DNA from: a virus
Reading direction: 5' to 3' (one strand)
IMG/VR virus record: IMGVR_UViG_3300021960_006131
Span: 26,504 to 90,503 of that record
Length of the DNA stretch: 64,000 nt
The notes beneath the pieces were generated by a model. It saw only the letters and a list, made by a program, of their open reading frames with translations, did no database searches and had not been told where the DNA came from. The position numbers were made by a program, and so were the translations under genes. Shown here piece after piece: positions 29,601-44,600 of this stretch (position 1 is the first letter of the stretch; each line of letters opens with the position of its first letter).

Positions 29601-32600
29601 TCATAAACGGATTACTTGTATCCGGAGCACCCATAATATCTACAATGGTAACTTCCTGACCAGGCAATCCACCTGATATAACTTTTGGTGTAAATACAGA
29701 ACTGTTATCCCCGCCTAACTCATTGTACTGCTCTGGTGTGAGTGCATTTGCTATTGTTAAGTTAGCACTTGAGTTCATTCTCTTTTCTCTATAAGGTTGG
29801 AAGTCTCCAACTTCTGAAAAAGGACTTCTACTACAGCCTTTACCTAAACTAAATGGCACAGCACTTTTAATTTTTACAATAGGATTAAGTTGCGGTACAT
29901 TTGCATCATCGGCTGTTGTACATCCTTGTACACGTCTTTGTTGTTTTGCATGATACTGCCATAAACTCTTGAACCATGATCCTGTTCTGTCTTGCCATTT
30001 ACCATTTTCCTTAACACGTTCACCGTATCCTGTAATTTTAGTAAACTTAAATCCTCTGTCATCTTGTTCTTGTACTGTAGTAATTGCATTACTTCTGGTG
30101 TCTTCTTCAGATCTACTGCCCCAACCACCTAACATCAAGTCGTCAATAATTGTAAAGTTATATAAGTCACCTAAATATTTGTGCTGGCCTGTTCCATTTT
30201 TTGGCAATCTGTATAAAATACCTTTTCCTTTAGCACCATAATCATAACTACTTCTGTTTAACTTACTCACATATACTGACATGGTTTCTTTATTAATACC
30301 TCTGCCCATATGGTCTTTCATAAATTGAACAGTTCCTAGTTTTTGATCTTTATGGAACACTGAGCCTGATGCAGGTGCATACACAATAGCAAATGGTTGT
30401 TTGTCTATATTATTGTATTCACCTTTAATTCCCGAACCTGAATGAGTTATGCTGGTGCTTGTATTTTTCCAATGCATTAACTCACCGTTACGATCATCGT
30501 TTGTGGTGCTTCTTAGTACAATTGAGTTGTATGTGTTAGGATCTAATCCTTTTTCAATCATCTGTTGTCTTACAGATTCCAATAATGCTTCACCACTAAT
30601 TTGTACAACCAGTCTAGCATCATCGTGCCTAGAACCAAATAGTACTGCAGGTACTCCGTCTTTTCTACCTTCAAGTAATTGGTAATTGTCGCTTCTATTT
30701 GTAATAGGCGATAATTGCTGGCCATTATTATTACCCATTTTGAGAATCTTGCCTATGTTTCGGAAGTCTGTTGTACCCCATGCTTGGCCTCCACCTTTAA
30801 CTACACATGATTTAGGTGGTTTTGGTGTTTCTGTTACGCATTCTGCATTAAAGTTCGGTGACTGACTGTTTATTGCATCTGCTAATGCACATGGATCACA
30901 GCCTTCAGGTAGATTAACTGCTTCGCCACCTAAGTACATTACTTCACCACTTGATGTACAAGTATTACCATCTATTTCTTTAATATGCAAATCTTCTAAT
31001 TCACACAAGTCAACATCAATTTGTTTATATGGTATCTTGGTATAATTGTCACCTATACCTTGTAAGTAAGATAATATTGTAGTCCAGTTTGTAGCACTAC
31101 CGCCTGCTTGTAAAAATTGTTCTTGATATCCAGAAATATTAGCATATTCAGAATCAATATATTGTTGTACTACATCAAATAATTGATCACTGAATTCGTA
31201 TGTGGTCCCTTCTTCTCCAGAATTGGAATCATATAAAGTGATTCTAAATTTACCACAAGTTTCTTGTACTGGTGGATCTTGTGGTGGTGGATCTTGTGGT
31301 GGTGGATTACCTGGACCGCCGCCTCCGCCGGAGTAGCCGCCACCTCCGCCGCCACCATTGAGTTGTCTGCGTACACCATCATACTTAGTATTCCACCAAC
31401 TGTTGCCGAAGTCACCAAAATAATCGTCATAAGGATTAACATAATCACCTGGCATTCCTGTATAAGGCCATGCGCCAATTTTAGGAGAAGCGAATCCTGG
31501 TTCTGCTTTGTTTTTAATTGTGCGTAATGTTGGATCCAATTTCATATTGTTAATATTATTTTCATAATTTTTAACAAGTGGATTATCTGCTGTAATTTTT
31601 CCGTCTAATGATCTGGTAGAATGTACACCATGTGGTCGTTGTGTTCTTTTTTGATTTTGTGTTCCGTAATAAATTTGTTCTTCTAATCCAGAAACATCTA
31701 TAATATATTTTCCTGCAAGTTTACTTGGTGCACGTCTTTCGGATATAGTTTCATTTAATTTAACTGGTGAATATTTATTTACACCACCTTTGAGTGCATT
31801 ACCGCCAGGTGCACCTATATATTCATATGAATATATTTGATCTAGTCCTGTAACATCTGCTGGTCTTTGTACATATTTTTGGTTAAAATCATCTGCATTT
31901 CTGTTGTCGCTTCTTGGATCTCTGTGTCCAAATAAGAAACCTAATTGTAATTTTTTCTCTTTGTCAATTGCGCCTGCTTTAAAATCACTAACAAAATTCA
32001 AACTGCCTTTGACTTGTTCAATTGTGTCTTGAGCAGGCAAGTATGTTTTATTATCATTTACATCAACTGCATTGTAATCTGTTATAGAATACGATACGTT
32101 TTTATCTGTTAAATCTAATGCCACATTAGAGTTTGTAAATCCAAACACTTCTACTTGATTATCTGATAGCCTCCTTTGCTTATAACCTATAGGAGCCATT
32201 TTGTATGTACTATTATAATTTCTAACTGGTGAATTTTTAATAGCAATAGAATTTTTATCAGGTTTAGCATTAATTTCATTATGTAAACTGTCAGTACCAG
32301 TAATAATTATTGAGTCTGATACCCAGTTACCTTGTGTAATAGCATTTCCTGTGAATATTGTTTTTACTACAAATGAATCGTTGTCTGCTAAAAAAGGTGT
32401 AGCAAAGCCATCGTAATTTCTAGTGTTCGAAATTTTGATTGCTTTACTGGAATCTGGTATGTAATTGTCATATGATACAGAGAACACATTTGCTGTTGCT
32501 GTTGCGCCGGGAGCCTCAATAGTAATATATTGCTCGCCTGCGCCATCAATGTTATCTATAATAGACACAAAGTCAACAACTGTGAATGTGTTTCCACTTA

Positions 32601-35600
32601 GTACATGTCCTGTGTTGTTTTTAGAGAATGTTACTGTTGATCCTACTGCTAATCCTCTTAATCCATTGTTAAGTTCTATGTTTACAAATCCATCACTACT
32701 TGCATTTGTAGAAGACACTACTAATTGTTTATCGTCTATTTTTCCAATATTATGACCTTTACTGTAGAATCTAGTTGCTGTGTAAACATCTAACATAAGT
32801 TCATCGTTAGTAAATGTTGTACCTAATGATTTTTCAAAGTACATCATTGGTGCATCACCTTTGGTAATTAACTGTTTATCAAAATCTAAATATGAAATAG
32901 GATTCAGTGTAACACTTGTATTACCACCTAAGGAATAATTATTTTCTGGGTCATAAATTTTACCAGTTAAACTTGGTATACCGTATCCTTTTGGAACTGA
33001 TACAATATGTAAATTTGCATTTCCTGTTAAAGATGCTGTTAAATTTGTTGTTAAAGCAGTTGGTCTAGTTGGTTGGTTAATTTCAAATGCGTTGCTGTAC
33101 ACTGAATTAACAATATATGTTTGACCATTTACGCCTGCTGTATCAACTGATCCTGCATTTAATGTTATGTCGTCACCTGTTTCAAATATATGTACGTTTG
33201 CAGGTACATGCACAATCCTAGATGTTATTGTTGATGTTGTTGCACTTCCTCTAATAACAGGATCTGCATAAGTTAAATATTTCATACTGCTGAGTTCTGC
33301 AGTAGGTATAACATTAGTATTTGCTAGTTTTACAGTAAATGTATTTTCTGTAACACTTCTTATGCGGAATTCTGTATTATTGATGCCATTAGCAGAGCCA
33401 GTTGTGTTTACAAATATTGTATCGCCTGTGTATAGTAAATTGTTTGGCTTATTAAATACTAATTGTGAACCATTGAGCGACGAAACAATAACTCCTAAGT
33501 TACTTTTTTCAGTTTCATTGATTGCATACGTTCCAACATTATCAGATATACTTTTTGGTATAATTGCATAATTAGGCTGAGTGTTTGATACTACGATGTT
33601 CCCTGTTAGTACTGAATTTACACCATGTTGAGTATCAGCAAATCTTAAAGTATTATTATCAACTGCTTCGGTATCCATAAACATTTTATGCTGTGGTTCG
33701 ACTACATGTACATCAATTGCCACATTAACATCTGTTGAATTCATTATTTCCGTATTACAGCCTGTGTGATTTAAAGGCAAGTAGTCGAATGTTATGTCTA
33801 AGTTGCTACCAAATATTGAGGATAATTGTACATTTGCACTATTATTGATTCCCATATAGAACGTACCTGCTGACCCAATCTGTGTAGGTAATTTACTGAT
33901 ATATCCTAATGTGGTTCCTGCAATTAGCGAACTGCTACTGCTTCTTGGTTGTAGTAATACTGCAGAATACCCATCGTCATTTGTAGATCTTTCTACTGAT
34001 GACAAAAAGTCATTTACTAATACCTGTTTGTTTTTATTTTTATCTACTTGATAAACTACTGCATTTAAATTATCAGTAGTGTCATTAGATGTGAATATGT
34101 TATCTGTGTTATCCACTGTAACACTTGATTGGCCCACACTGATAATTTTTCTATCAACTATTTGTGGAATTGTGCCTGTATCATCTTTAATTGCTATTCT
34201 TAAGTTAGTTAATTCGTTTTTAGTTGTTGGAGCAAGTGTGTATTTAAGTTTTGCACTATTCACAATAACTAAAGGTACTGCAACATCAAAATTGTTATTT
34301 GCAGGATATGTTGTTAAGCCATTTTCAAATCCAATGTACAGATTGATGAAATTATATTTTGCGCCTTTGGCCAATATGTTTTTTAAATCCTCGCCCCACC
34401 ACTCTAGTGGTCTATCACCGCCGTTAGTGTGATCTGGTTTTAATTTAGTTGTTTTTAATCTTGCACGAATCTTATCTGGTTGATTGCTGTGTACCTGTAT
34501 AATGTTGCCATTAGGATCAGTCCATATTGCTTTGTTTGGTTTTTTATCTATAAAAGTAAATATATCTGACATAGAATGACTGTCAGAGAAATCAAATTTT
34601 ATTCTGTTTCTATCAACTTTATCAACTAAATTTTGATTAACACCAGCAATAGTTAAACCTCGTTCAACTTCTCCTGTTATGTTTAATGCATGATGGTTTC
34701 CAAAATACCTAGGTATAAGTCCCAATCTACTTGTGGCATAGTCAGATACTTCGTCTACTATTTGACCTCTGTCAAACATGTCACTGCTAACACCACGCAT
34801 TTCTACAAACATTCCATCTAATGAAGGTGTTTCCTGTTTGTATGTAAAGTTATCTAGCCACCATGCTGTATCAAAATTTTCTAATTTGTCTAACATTCCG
34901 AATGCTTGATTAACAAACCCGGGATCAGTTGGATCGCCTTTAAGTCCAGTTGATCTTAATAATTCTTTAAATCCTTCATCTGTGACATATCTAAATTCTA
35001 AATCTAGTTCAACACCATCAACAGTTCTTAATGATTCTGGTACGCCTGTAAAATCTGTTTGTAATGTTAGATAATTATTTGTGGTAGGTAATCCTAATCC
35101 CATATACACAGGTTTATTGTTGTAATGGAACAAACCTGAATGTCTAACGTTACCTATTAGGTCATGTTCTTCTGGTGTTTTTTCGCTGTTATCAAATAAT
35201 ACTCTTGCAAATTCTCCTGCACCATCATCTCTAAAGAATAAATCTACAGTATTATTTGTAGTGTCTCTTAATGTATGTACTGGGAATCTGCTCTGAATTG
35301 TTCCTACAGCATCTGCAACATCTATTATAATAGTGTTGCCACTAATTTTTAATGGTCTTTCTGTTCCTGATACTCCAGGTATAACACCTGTGCTGGTATT
35401 GGAATTTAAATATTGTATATTACCAAAACCATAGTTTCCTAGGTTACTTGTTTCAAATCCTGAAACTGTTAATGTGTTGCTGGTTAAACTTGCAATATTT
35501 CCAGACCTTGACTCTTTAGAACCAGTATATACTATTGCTGTTCTATTTGTGGTATTTCCTGTTGTTGCTGGATCATAAATTTTAATAAAGTTACCGTCAT

Positions 35601-38600
35601 TGCTTTGAACTGGATAAACATTACCTGCATACGCACCTGTATTAGTAAACTGTACAAAATCACCTTTATCGATAATTGTCGAATTTGCTCCTGACAGTAT
35701 ACTATTACCTAATCCATCATTATTACCAAAACCAACTAATGTTATTTCATTGTAAGCAGGCCTTGTTACTGATGCTGTTTGTGTAGTAACATTAGAAGAT
35801 ATTTCAAATGTTTTACTACTTGCGTTCCAATTAGCAACTGCATAACCCAAATCTGATTTATAAAAATCATTCTTGTTTGTGATTCTTTCAGAGTTACCGT
35901 TATTTGATAAATCTATGCTCAATCCATTAGTTATGTAACTAGCAATACCTGAATTATAACTATCACCTACTTCTAGTAATACTGTACTTGTACCGGACAA
36001 GCCTTTGACTTTCATATTTAGATTAAATTCTAAGTCTGATTCATAAGACACATAGCAATCAGATTTTATTGATGCGTAATCACTGCCAGTGACATTTGCT
36101 TCGTTGATTGTAAAAAATCCTTTTGCTGGGTCGTCTACATCTACTGCACCTGGGTTACCGCCAAGTCCTCTTTCACTTATTCCTGTAACAGTATATGCTT
36201 TACCAACTGTTAAATTAGCGGCAGTTGCCTGAGTACCTGTAAATCTTACTGTGTCTCCGACACCTAATCCTGATAATGAATTTGGAGATATTAATACTGA
36301 ATCTACATGAGCATTTGGTAAATTGTCTTTAACAACACTTGCTCTAGTAAAGAAGTCAATGTTTGGCACTGGATGTGATTGCTCTGCATAAATCCTTGCC
36401 ATGTAATTAGGATCTCTATACGGCTCTACTTTTGTGATAACTTTTGTATCACCTGGTTCTATTTTTGTAATGCCTCTGTTAATTTTCTTTAATGGCTTAT
36501 AGTCACCTTTGTAAACTACTCTTGGTGTGTATACAAAGTTTTCATTGCTCCACTCTAATACTGTATCTGACAAGTTAGCATTTTTTACTACAATCACATT
36601 ATCATAAAAATCTGTATGAGCCTTATTGCCTAAAATATTTCCATCTGTCCATTTAGATAATTTCTGATCAGAAAATAACATTGCTCTGCCGCCAACTGAA
36701 CTGATATAGTTTTTAGCACCTGAAATATTTCCTGTTGAACTTTCTATACCATGTTTCTTTAATCTGAAAACATTCCAGTCTTCATTTTCTGACTTACCTA
36801 AATGCAAGTACTGGTTTTCTTTTGGTATATTGTTTTTACCATTTCCAATTAAATTTGCAAAATAAGGAAGATCAATTGCCTCCCAATCTACAGTATGTTT
36901 ATTAACATATCCTGCATTTGGAACATTATATTCTTCTTTGCTGTCTCTGAACCACAATCCGTCTTGTAAAGAATTGGTTGGTCGTTTTAACATAGTTTCA
37001 GTGTCATCTATGTCAATTGTAATTTTGTTATCTGTTAAAATATCTTTTGTACGTTCGTATGTACGTTTGCTTATTGTGTTTGCAATTAGTGTATCATTTG
37101 CTACACTCTTAATGCTTAACATTTTTCCTGGTACATCTGCTGTAAATGTATCATTAAATTGTACTGAACCGCTTTCTATAACTGTGATGTTAGAACCTAT
37201 ACTAAAGTTATCAGTGTAAAGAGCAGTATTACTAAAACTAATTGTAGTAGTTGTAGAATCATTTGCTAACGTAAATGCGGTATACTCTGGTGTATTATAA
37301 ACACGTTTGTTATCAATGTATATTTCTGTGTAAGGATATTTGCCATCTATATTAACAATATTTTGATCTTCAAATTTACTATTTCCGCCTAAAACAATTT
37401 GGAATGCATTGTTGGCATTAATTGAATAATCATTGACAATTGAAGCATTTGCTGTTATAATAGTTCTAGCACCTCTATCATATGACCAATAGTTTGTTGC
37501 TACATTCTTGCCATCAACACTTACAATTATATCATTTGATGTTGTGTTATTAGCAGACCTTATTGGGAATCGTTGTGTAGGTTGATATCTACCCGCAGTC
37601 ATATTTAAAGTTGTCAGTGAAGTACTTGGATTGCCTCCTGGTAAGTTGCTTTCTGCCAGTGTAAAATCGTATCCTCTGATGAATAACCTGTTATCGCCGC
37701 CTGTTCCTAATAGTGTAACATTTGCTTGTATATTTGCTAAAGTCACGTTAGACGTTGTGTACTGCGATGTTAGAGTGCTGGTATTCAACGGTATTTGCAA
37801 AGCAGGATCTGTGTATAGATCAAATGTTGTTGCTGTTTGCTTTCTAACAAAGTATGTGCCATTTAATGCTGTTAATTCTGCATACAAAGTAGCACCGTCG
37901 TTTGTTAATGTGCCCGCGGAAGTAAATACTATATTTGCAACATCTGAATTTGCACTATGATATGCTCCTACTTCCTGTATATTACTGCCTGGTGCTGTCC
38001 AACCAGTTGCGTCAACGTTGGCTGTTAGTGCCTTGTTAGTGTACAATTCATATACATCTGCTACTGCTGTTGGCTTTGTAAAATAAGTTTTGTTATGTAG
38101 ATTTGCTTCTGCTACTGGATAACCTGCTTGGCTCTTGTTAATCAATGTTATACTGTCGCCCGGTGCAAAATATTTTTCCTGTGCTGTACCTACTAGTGTA
38201 ACAGTAGCAGGATTTGTCAATGCAACTGCATTTATATTTGCTTCTAACGAATTAACATTTGAATTAAGTTCAATATTTGTTGCTGTAGTAACTCTTGCTG
38301 TTGTACCTTTTGTTATTTGTGTTGCAGAATGTATTTCTGCTGGAGTATCGATATCACTAAATGCTGTAACATTTGCAATATTGGCACTCTGTAAATCTTT
38401 ATTAATTGTAAAAACAACATTTTCTATATTTCTTTCGTTGCCTAAATATATGTCTCTTGTTGTTGAAGTAGTATGGTCTGTGATACTGATATTTGTTAAT
38501 GCATTGGCACCTGTAAGAGGCATGTCTACACTTGCATTACTGCCTGCCAAACCATATGCTAACACATCACTGAATTGAGATATAACAATATTACCTGTAA

Positions 38601-41600
38601 TAACTGCAACATTGGGTTTACTTGCATATCCATCGCCACCTGATGTAATTGTAACACTTTCTAATTGTGCATTAGCAAATAGTTTTGCTGTTGCTGTAGC
38701 GGCATTTCCTTTTGCTGGTGGATCAATTTCAATTGATGGCACACTATAATATGTTGTGTTTCTTTCAAACACGAATATATTTGAAACAGCACCAGTTACG
38801 TTTTCAGGATAAACAATTTCTATTTGCTGGTTATCTCTGATAAATTTGTTTTCATCAAGTTTTATATCCATGCTTTGATGATTGTAAACATCACCAAACT
38901 CGCCACGTTTGATTGCCCATTCTTCGAACAATTCTATATTTTTATTTGTGTTTACAACATTAGATCTAATTAAACTTGTTAAAGAATTTGCTGTACCTTT
39001 GCTGTTAATAATACCTTTGTAGTATTCGTATCCTACCTTGTCGTCTATTTTTATATCTGCAAAATCTTCTGTGGTTTCGTAACCTATTAATCCTTTTGCT
39101 AGTTCTGATTTTATTGGATCTAATAATGTAGCATCTTTGTCATGATAGAGACGTATGCTATCAATTAAGGTGTCAAAGTTTGGCAATACTGCATCGCCTA
39201 CAATAACCAAGCCTTCGGCTTGATATCTACCGTCCCAATTTCTGCTTCGTTGAGTTTTGACTTCTAATCTTTCTTGTCTAACTCCTAGAACATTATCATT
39301 GATGATATCATTGAATACTGTTTTGTTATTAATTACAAATGCATGTTCTACTAATTCTGTATTTAAAAGTATACCATAAATTCTATTTTCAATAGGATTA
39401 ATTATAATAGTATTATCTTCTCTGACTATAGAACAGTCTTCTGGTATAATAGCATTTCCGTTTTCATCTACTATACTGTATTGATCATTAATTTGTTTAC
39501 TAATTTTTGATATCTTTCCTGAGGTACTATTGAACTTAACTTGTTCAGATAGCGGACTTAACTTAATGCTGTCGCCTACAGGGTGTACTTCTGTTGACCA
39601 AAACAGGAATCGTCTTCCTGCAAGTACCCAGTCATTCATGCTGTTGATGGTGTTATCGTATTCACCAAAATCAAAACCTATTTCTTTTTGTTTTCTTCCT
39701 AAACTTATTAGAAAATCAAATACTTTTTCAACTGTTGAGAAATTAGTTTCATAATAAAGTTTTTCAGTTACACCGGTACCTGATTGATATACTGTACCTG
39801 ATGCTCCGCCAATAGTTGGCAATGCTGTTATCTTTGTCCATTTGTTACTGTCGAATGCGCCTGCTTCTATGTCGTCTTTTGCTATATAGAATGTATTACC
39901 AAATTTGATTATTTCATTTTTTAAGTAAGTTAGAGTGATATCAAATACACTGAAGTCTGCTGGTGTGCCACCTTCCTGTACGCCTTCTTTTGGTCCTGCA
40001 AAATTACTTGGTATAATTTCAAAATAATTATTGACAGTATCATAACCTGATACTGAATAACCATCTGTGGTTTTTGTAATCTTAACACCACTATAAAAAT
40101 TTCTACTGTTATACGGACTGGAATGTAAATTAACTGTTACATCTTCTTTAGGTAAAACCTGACTTGCACTGAAGCCATCAACACTGATACTTTCACTGTA
40201 TACTTTCAATGTTTTATTATTAACAAATCCTGCAAATTTATGTCCTAATCTAGTGTCTAAAGTTTTAATTGGATTTGCTATTTCTGTATTTGTTGATAAT
40301 GAATAAAATTTCAGATACTGATCTATTAATGTAGTATAACCAGGTTTCAGTGTGATATTGTTATCACTGTTAATAAATCCATGTGGTTCAAAATCTTGCC
40401 TTAGTTTTCTTTTACCTGTTGCCTTATCTACACATTGCTCTGGTTGTACAACGAGTTTTTTAATATTTCTATTATCATAAAATTCTCTTGTAAACTCTCC
40501 GGGTCTTGCAAGATACAATGCCTCCAGTATTGCAAAAGGATAATAACTACTTTTTCTCCAGGCATATTCTGCTGGGGATATATCTCCAAATGACCATTGC
40601 CCATCGACACCAGCAGTAGTTGTTGTTACTCCTGTGTACATAATATCTTTAGGTGATATTAAATTACCAGATGCATCTACTGGCAAATAACTATAAATTG
40701 TAGGCCTTGCCCAACGTTTCCAGTATCCTTTTCTACTTCCTGCAGGTATATACCCGTCTCTTACATTATTCCAAAATGCTGTATACGAACTTGTGATTGC
40801 TGTTGGATATTCTGTGTCCCACCATGACGGTTTTTTACAGAACCCAAACATTTCCCATGGTGTAGTATTAGGTGTTTGTGTATCATAATAACTGTCATAC
40901 ACTCCTCTCCAGTACCCTGGCAAATCTGGTCCATTTGCATAATTCCATGTAAATTCATTTGACGAATCATATACTGTATTTGTTCTATAATCTACATTGC
41001 TTTGTTTTAACCATTTGTTAAAATTACTTTGAATTAATGTATTAAATTCAACTAAACTGAAATCTGTTTCGCTAAAGAAACTTGGTTTAATTGTGTATTC
41101 ATTCAAGTCAATATATTCACATGTTCTATATTCTTTGTATATATTACTGTAAATTATTTGTTCAAATGCCAATACAATTTCATCTATTTTATCATTCTGT
41201 CTTGGCACATAACTACCATCATGACATAAGATCACATCCTTGTTTGTTTGATATGATGTATCAGTGTAATACTGTGGCTGGAATGCTCTGTACATTCCTA
41301 GTTTTGGTAAACTTGCTGGTATACTTGCTGATTCACTGTCTTCATAAATTTTCAAAGTCAGTGTATCGCCTATTGCTAATGATATACTATTATCTAATGT
41401 AATATCAAAAGGCAATGATGAATCTATATTATAATCTTTGTCTGCACATAATACTGTATTATTATGTTGTATAATGTGCATGGTGTTATCTAGTTCTACA
41501 TTTGCTGTGTTAGTAAATGTATATTCTTGTAAACTTACATTACTAACTGTGATTGTTTCTGCTGTAAAATTAGAACCAATCGGCAACATGTATGTTAAGT

Positions 41601-44600
41601 CAAACGCATCTTTTGTAATTTTTGTAGACTTAATTGTTTTTAAAACTGTATCTAAAATATCTAAGTTTGTTTGTTCTAAATAATCATTATTTTTCAAATA
41701 CAGTTCTAAATTTGTTAAAAACTTTCTTTTAAACTTGTTGTACTCGTCATTACCAAATCTTAAAGCATTAAGTACATTTCTATTTTGATTTTTGCTAAGA
41801 TACATTGTGTGTAATAAGTCTGAGTCAACTTGACCAATATTGATATTATTGACATTCAGCGATCTACTAGTATCTTTATAATTATTATTTCCTGTGACTT
41901 TTCCTGTAAAGCCTACTTGACTTTCCAGTATTTTATTACTGTGACCAATTAAGTCACTTAATCGTGTTTCTGTTATTTCAGTATTCTTTGGATTGTATTT
42001 TAATGCACTAGGAATTTCAAAGAAACCGTATGCATCTATACCTGTTTTTCTAGGGCCTTTGGTGTATGTCTTAATATTAAGAACATCGGTGTCTTTTGGC
42101 AAAACTGTTTCTGTAAAATCAAAATCAAATGTTGCACCTGTTCCATGGCCGTTGCTTGATGCTGTTGTAATTATAGAACTGATGTTTCCAGGGTGTCCAA
42201 CTAATTCGCTATATAATCCGTAGTTGCTAACACTTATAGATTTTATTTGTCCACCGCCGTTACTGATATTACCGTCATATGCTTCTGCATCTGTAACAGT
42301 AATCTGTACGTTAGAATTGCTACCTGCAATACTTAATGTTAGTACATCATTTTGTTCGTAACCTGTTCCTGTTTCTCTAAGTGTTACACTTTTTAATGTT
42401 GGATTTAATACAATACCTGTACTGCTGTTTCGAATTGCAAAATCTTTGTTTTTAACTAATGGTGTGTCATTTAGTTTAACTAAAATATCATCATTGTATG
42501 GTGTTGCACTGGTTGTAAAAAATCTATCTTGATAATTTATTTTATCAATAATGATTACATCTTCAACATACTGTTTTGAATATGTTGAATGCACATCTTC
42601 GTAAAATTTAAAATTAGATATATCAAAATTGCCTGCTGATATATTTGCATTTGCTACAAAATACTGATTATTATGTTTTACTACTTCGTTAGCATAATAT
42701 GTTGCAGTATTACTAAAGTCTCTATAGTGTGTTGGTAAATTAATTGGATGCCAATTGTTTCTAAATCTTGTATTATCATTACCTACATAGTCTTGCTGTA
42801 AATCTTTGAAAAACAAATAGCCTGGTATAGTTGATATGTTTGCTAATAAATTTGCTTTATATGTTACAGTATGGTTACCTAAATGATTAAAAAATGTAGG
42901 TTCACTATTAAATTTGCTTGTCTGATAAACAACATTAGCACCTAACTCGCTATCATAAGTTACAGTTTTAGCACTGGTTTTATCAGTGTTATATGTAAAA
43001 ATTGGACATCCAGTAAAATTACTAAATGGATATTTTGCTGGATCATTGACCTTGACTCCTTCTGAGTCATACAAATTAAATAACGGTTCTTGGTTAATTT
43101 TGATTTTTTGTTGTGCTTGTTTCCAAGATGTACCTGTCCAATAATAATCTAATCCAATGTTAGTACCTGTTACACTATACACATGGCCGTTTGTTACAAC
43201 TAAATTGCTTAATTCTGAATCTTGTGTAAACGATATTAAGCCACCATTATCAACAATCCTGTAAACATTCTGTGAAATACTTGTTTCATCTTGTGGGAAA
43301 ATAATACTTGCATTAGCAGTACCTGATGCACTATTAATAGGAAATCCTATACCTAGTCCTTCTAATTCTTCTTTTTTCTTATCAGCAATTATGTCTACTT
43401 TTGATATAAAAGAATTACCCCAGTTATATAATTCTATATCTCTATTAAATTCTATAATCGGTCTAGTTGCTCTTTTGGCTGTATCTGGTAAAGCAAATCC
43501 TGTTACATTATCTTTGAGTGGTTCTCTTAGTTCGTTTACATGCCACCAGTAATTTAATCTACTCCACGGATTTTGGTTTTTAGCACCGCGTTCAATTACA
43601 TAATAATCTGCTTTGTCTTGTGTAGTTTCTGAATTCCATGGTGTGGCATCCCAGCCTTTTACTTCGTCAATGTTGAATTCAATTTGTGGATTATTATAAG
43701 TTTTATGAAAATCATCTATAGCAAAATTTGTACTCCAAACTACACCGTCTGGTAAGTAATATGTTCCGCCATCGTCAACTCTTGCATATACGACATTACC
43801 TGTTCGTTGAACATTATTTCCTAAGTATCTTACATTGTTTGTTACTGCATCTCCTACTCGTAATTGTAAATTACCTAACCACATTGACGAACTGGCCCAT
43901 GGGGAACTTGGATCAGCACCACTTAATGTGCCGTCTGCAATGTTTCTCCATGATTCTTTAAAATCGCCTCCAGTTGTTACTGTGAAGTCATCTGGCAGGT
44001 TTGAATCTGCATAATATTGTAGTAATACAGATTGAGTGTATGTTGAAGCATTTGATTGCTCAAATGCAAAATCTGTATATTCTGCATAAGCAGATGTTGA
44101 GTCAGATGGCTCTTTTAGTTGTATTGCTACACCTACACCAGACACAATGTATGCTTTGTCAACAGAATAATTTGTACCTGTGATATACTGGCCGGTAAAT
44201 TTAACAACCATGTCATTTCTTAATGCCTGTCCTGTTGGCGAAGTATAACTTGTTAGGCCTACAATATTATCAATGTTAATAGTGACATTGGCACTACCTG
44301 TAATATCTGTTACTTCTGGACCAGTTGGGTACCAATAGTAGTCCTGATAATTAACTAATTTGTCATAGTTAATAGGTGGTGCGTATGAGTATTGGGTTGT
44401 CTTAAAAAGTCTATCATGGTTTTCTATTAAACCGCCCTTGCTTCTTAGATCATATAAAAAATCTTCATAAAAAGAAAAATTTGTTGGTTTGCCTGTGTTA
44501 GAATTAACTGTAGTAACTACAGGATCAAAACTATAGTATTCTCTATTCGGTGCAGGTTGTTCTATAAAAACTGTATTACTAGTGATATCCCTAGGTGTTC

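Noticed and set aside
31270-31357. Collagen-like tract as substrate for the PLOD-like enzyme
   Set aside because: Poly-Gly and PPPQD are not Gly-X-Y periodic; no collagen repeat was seen in any translated ORF here.
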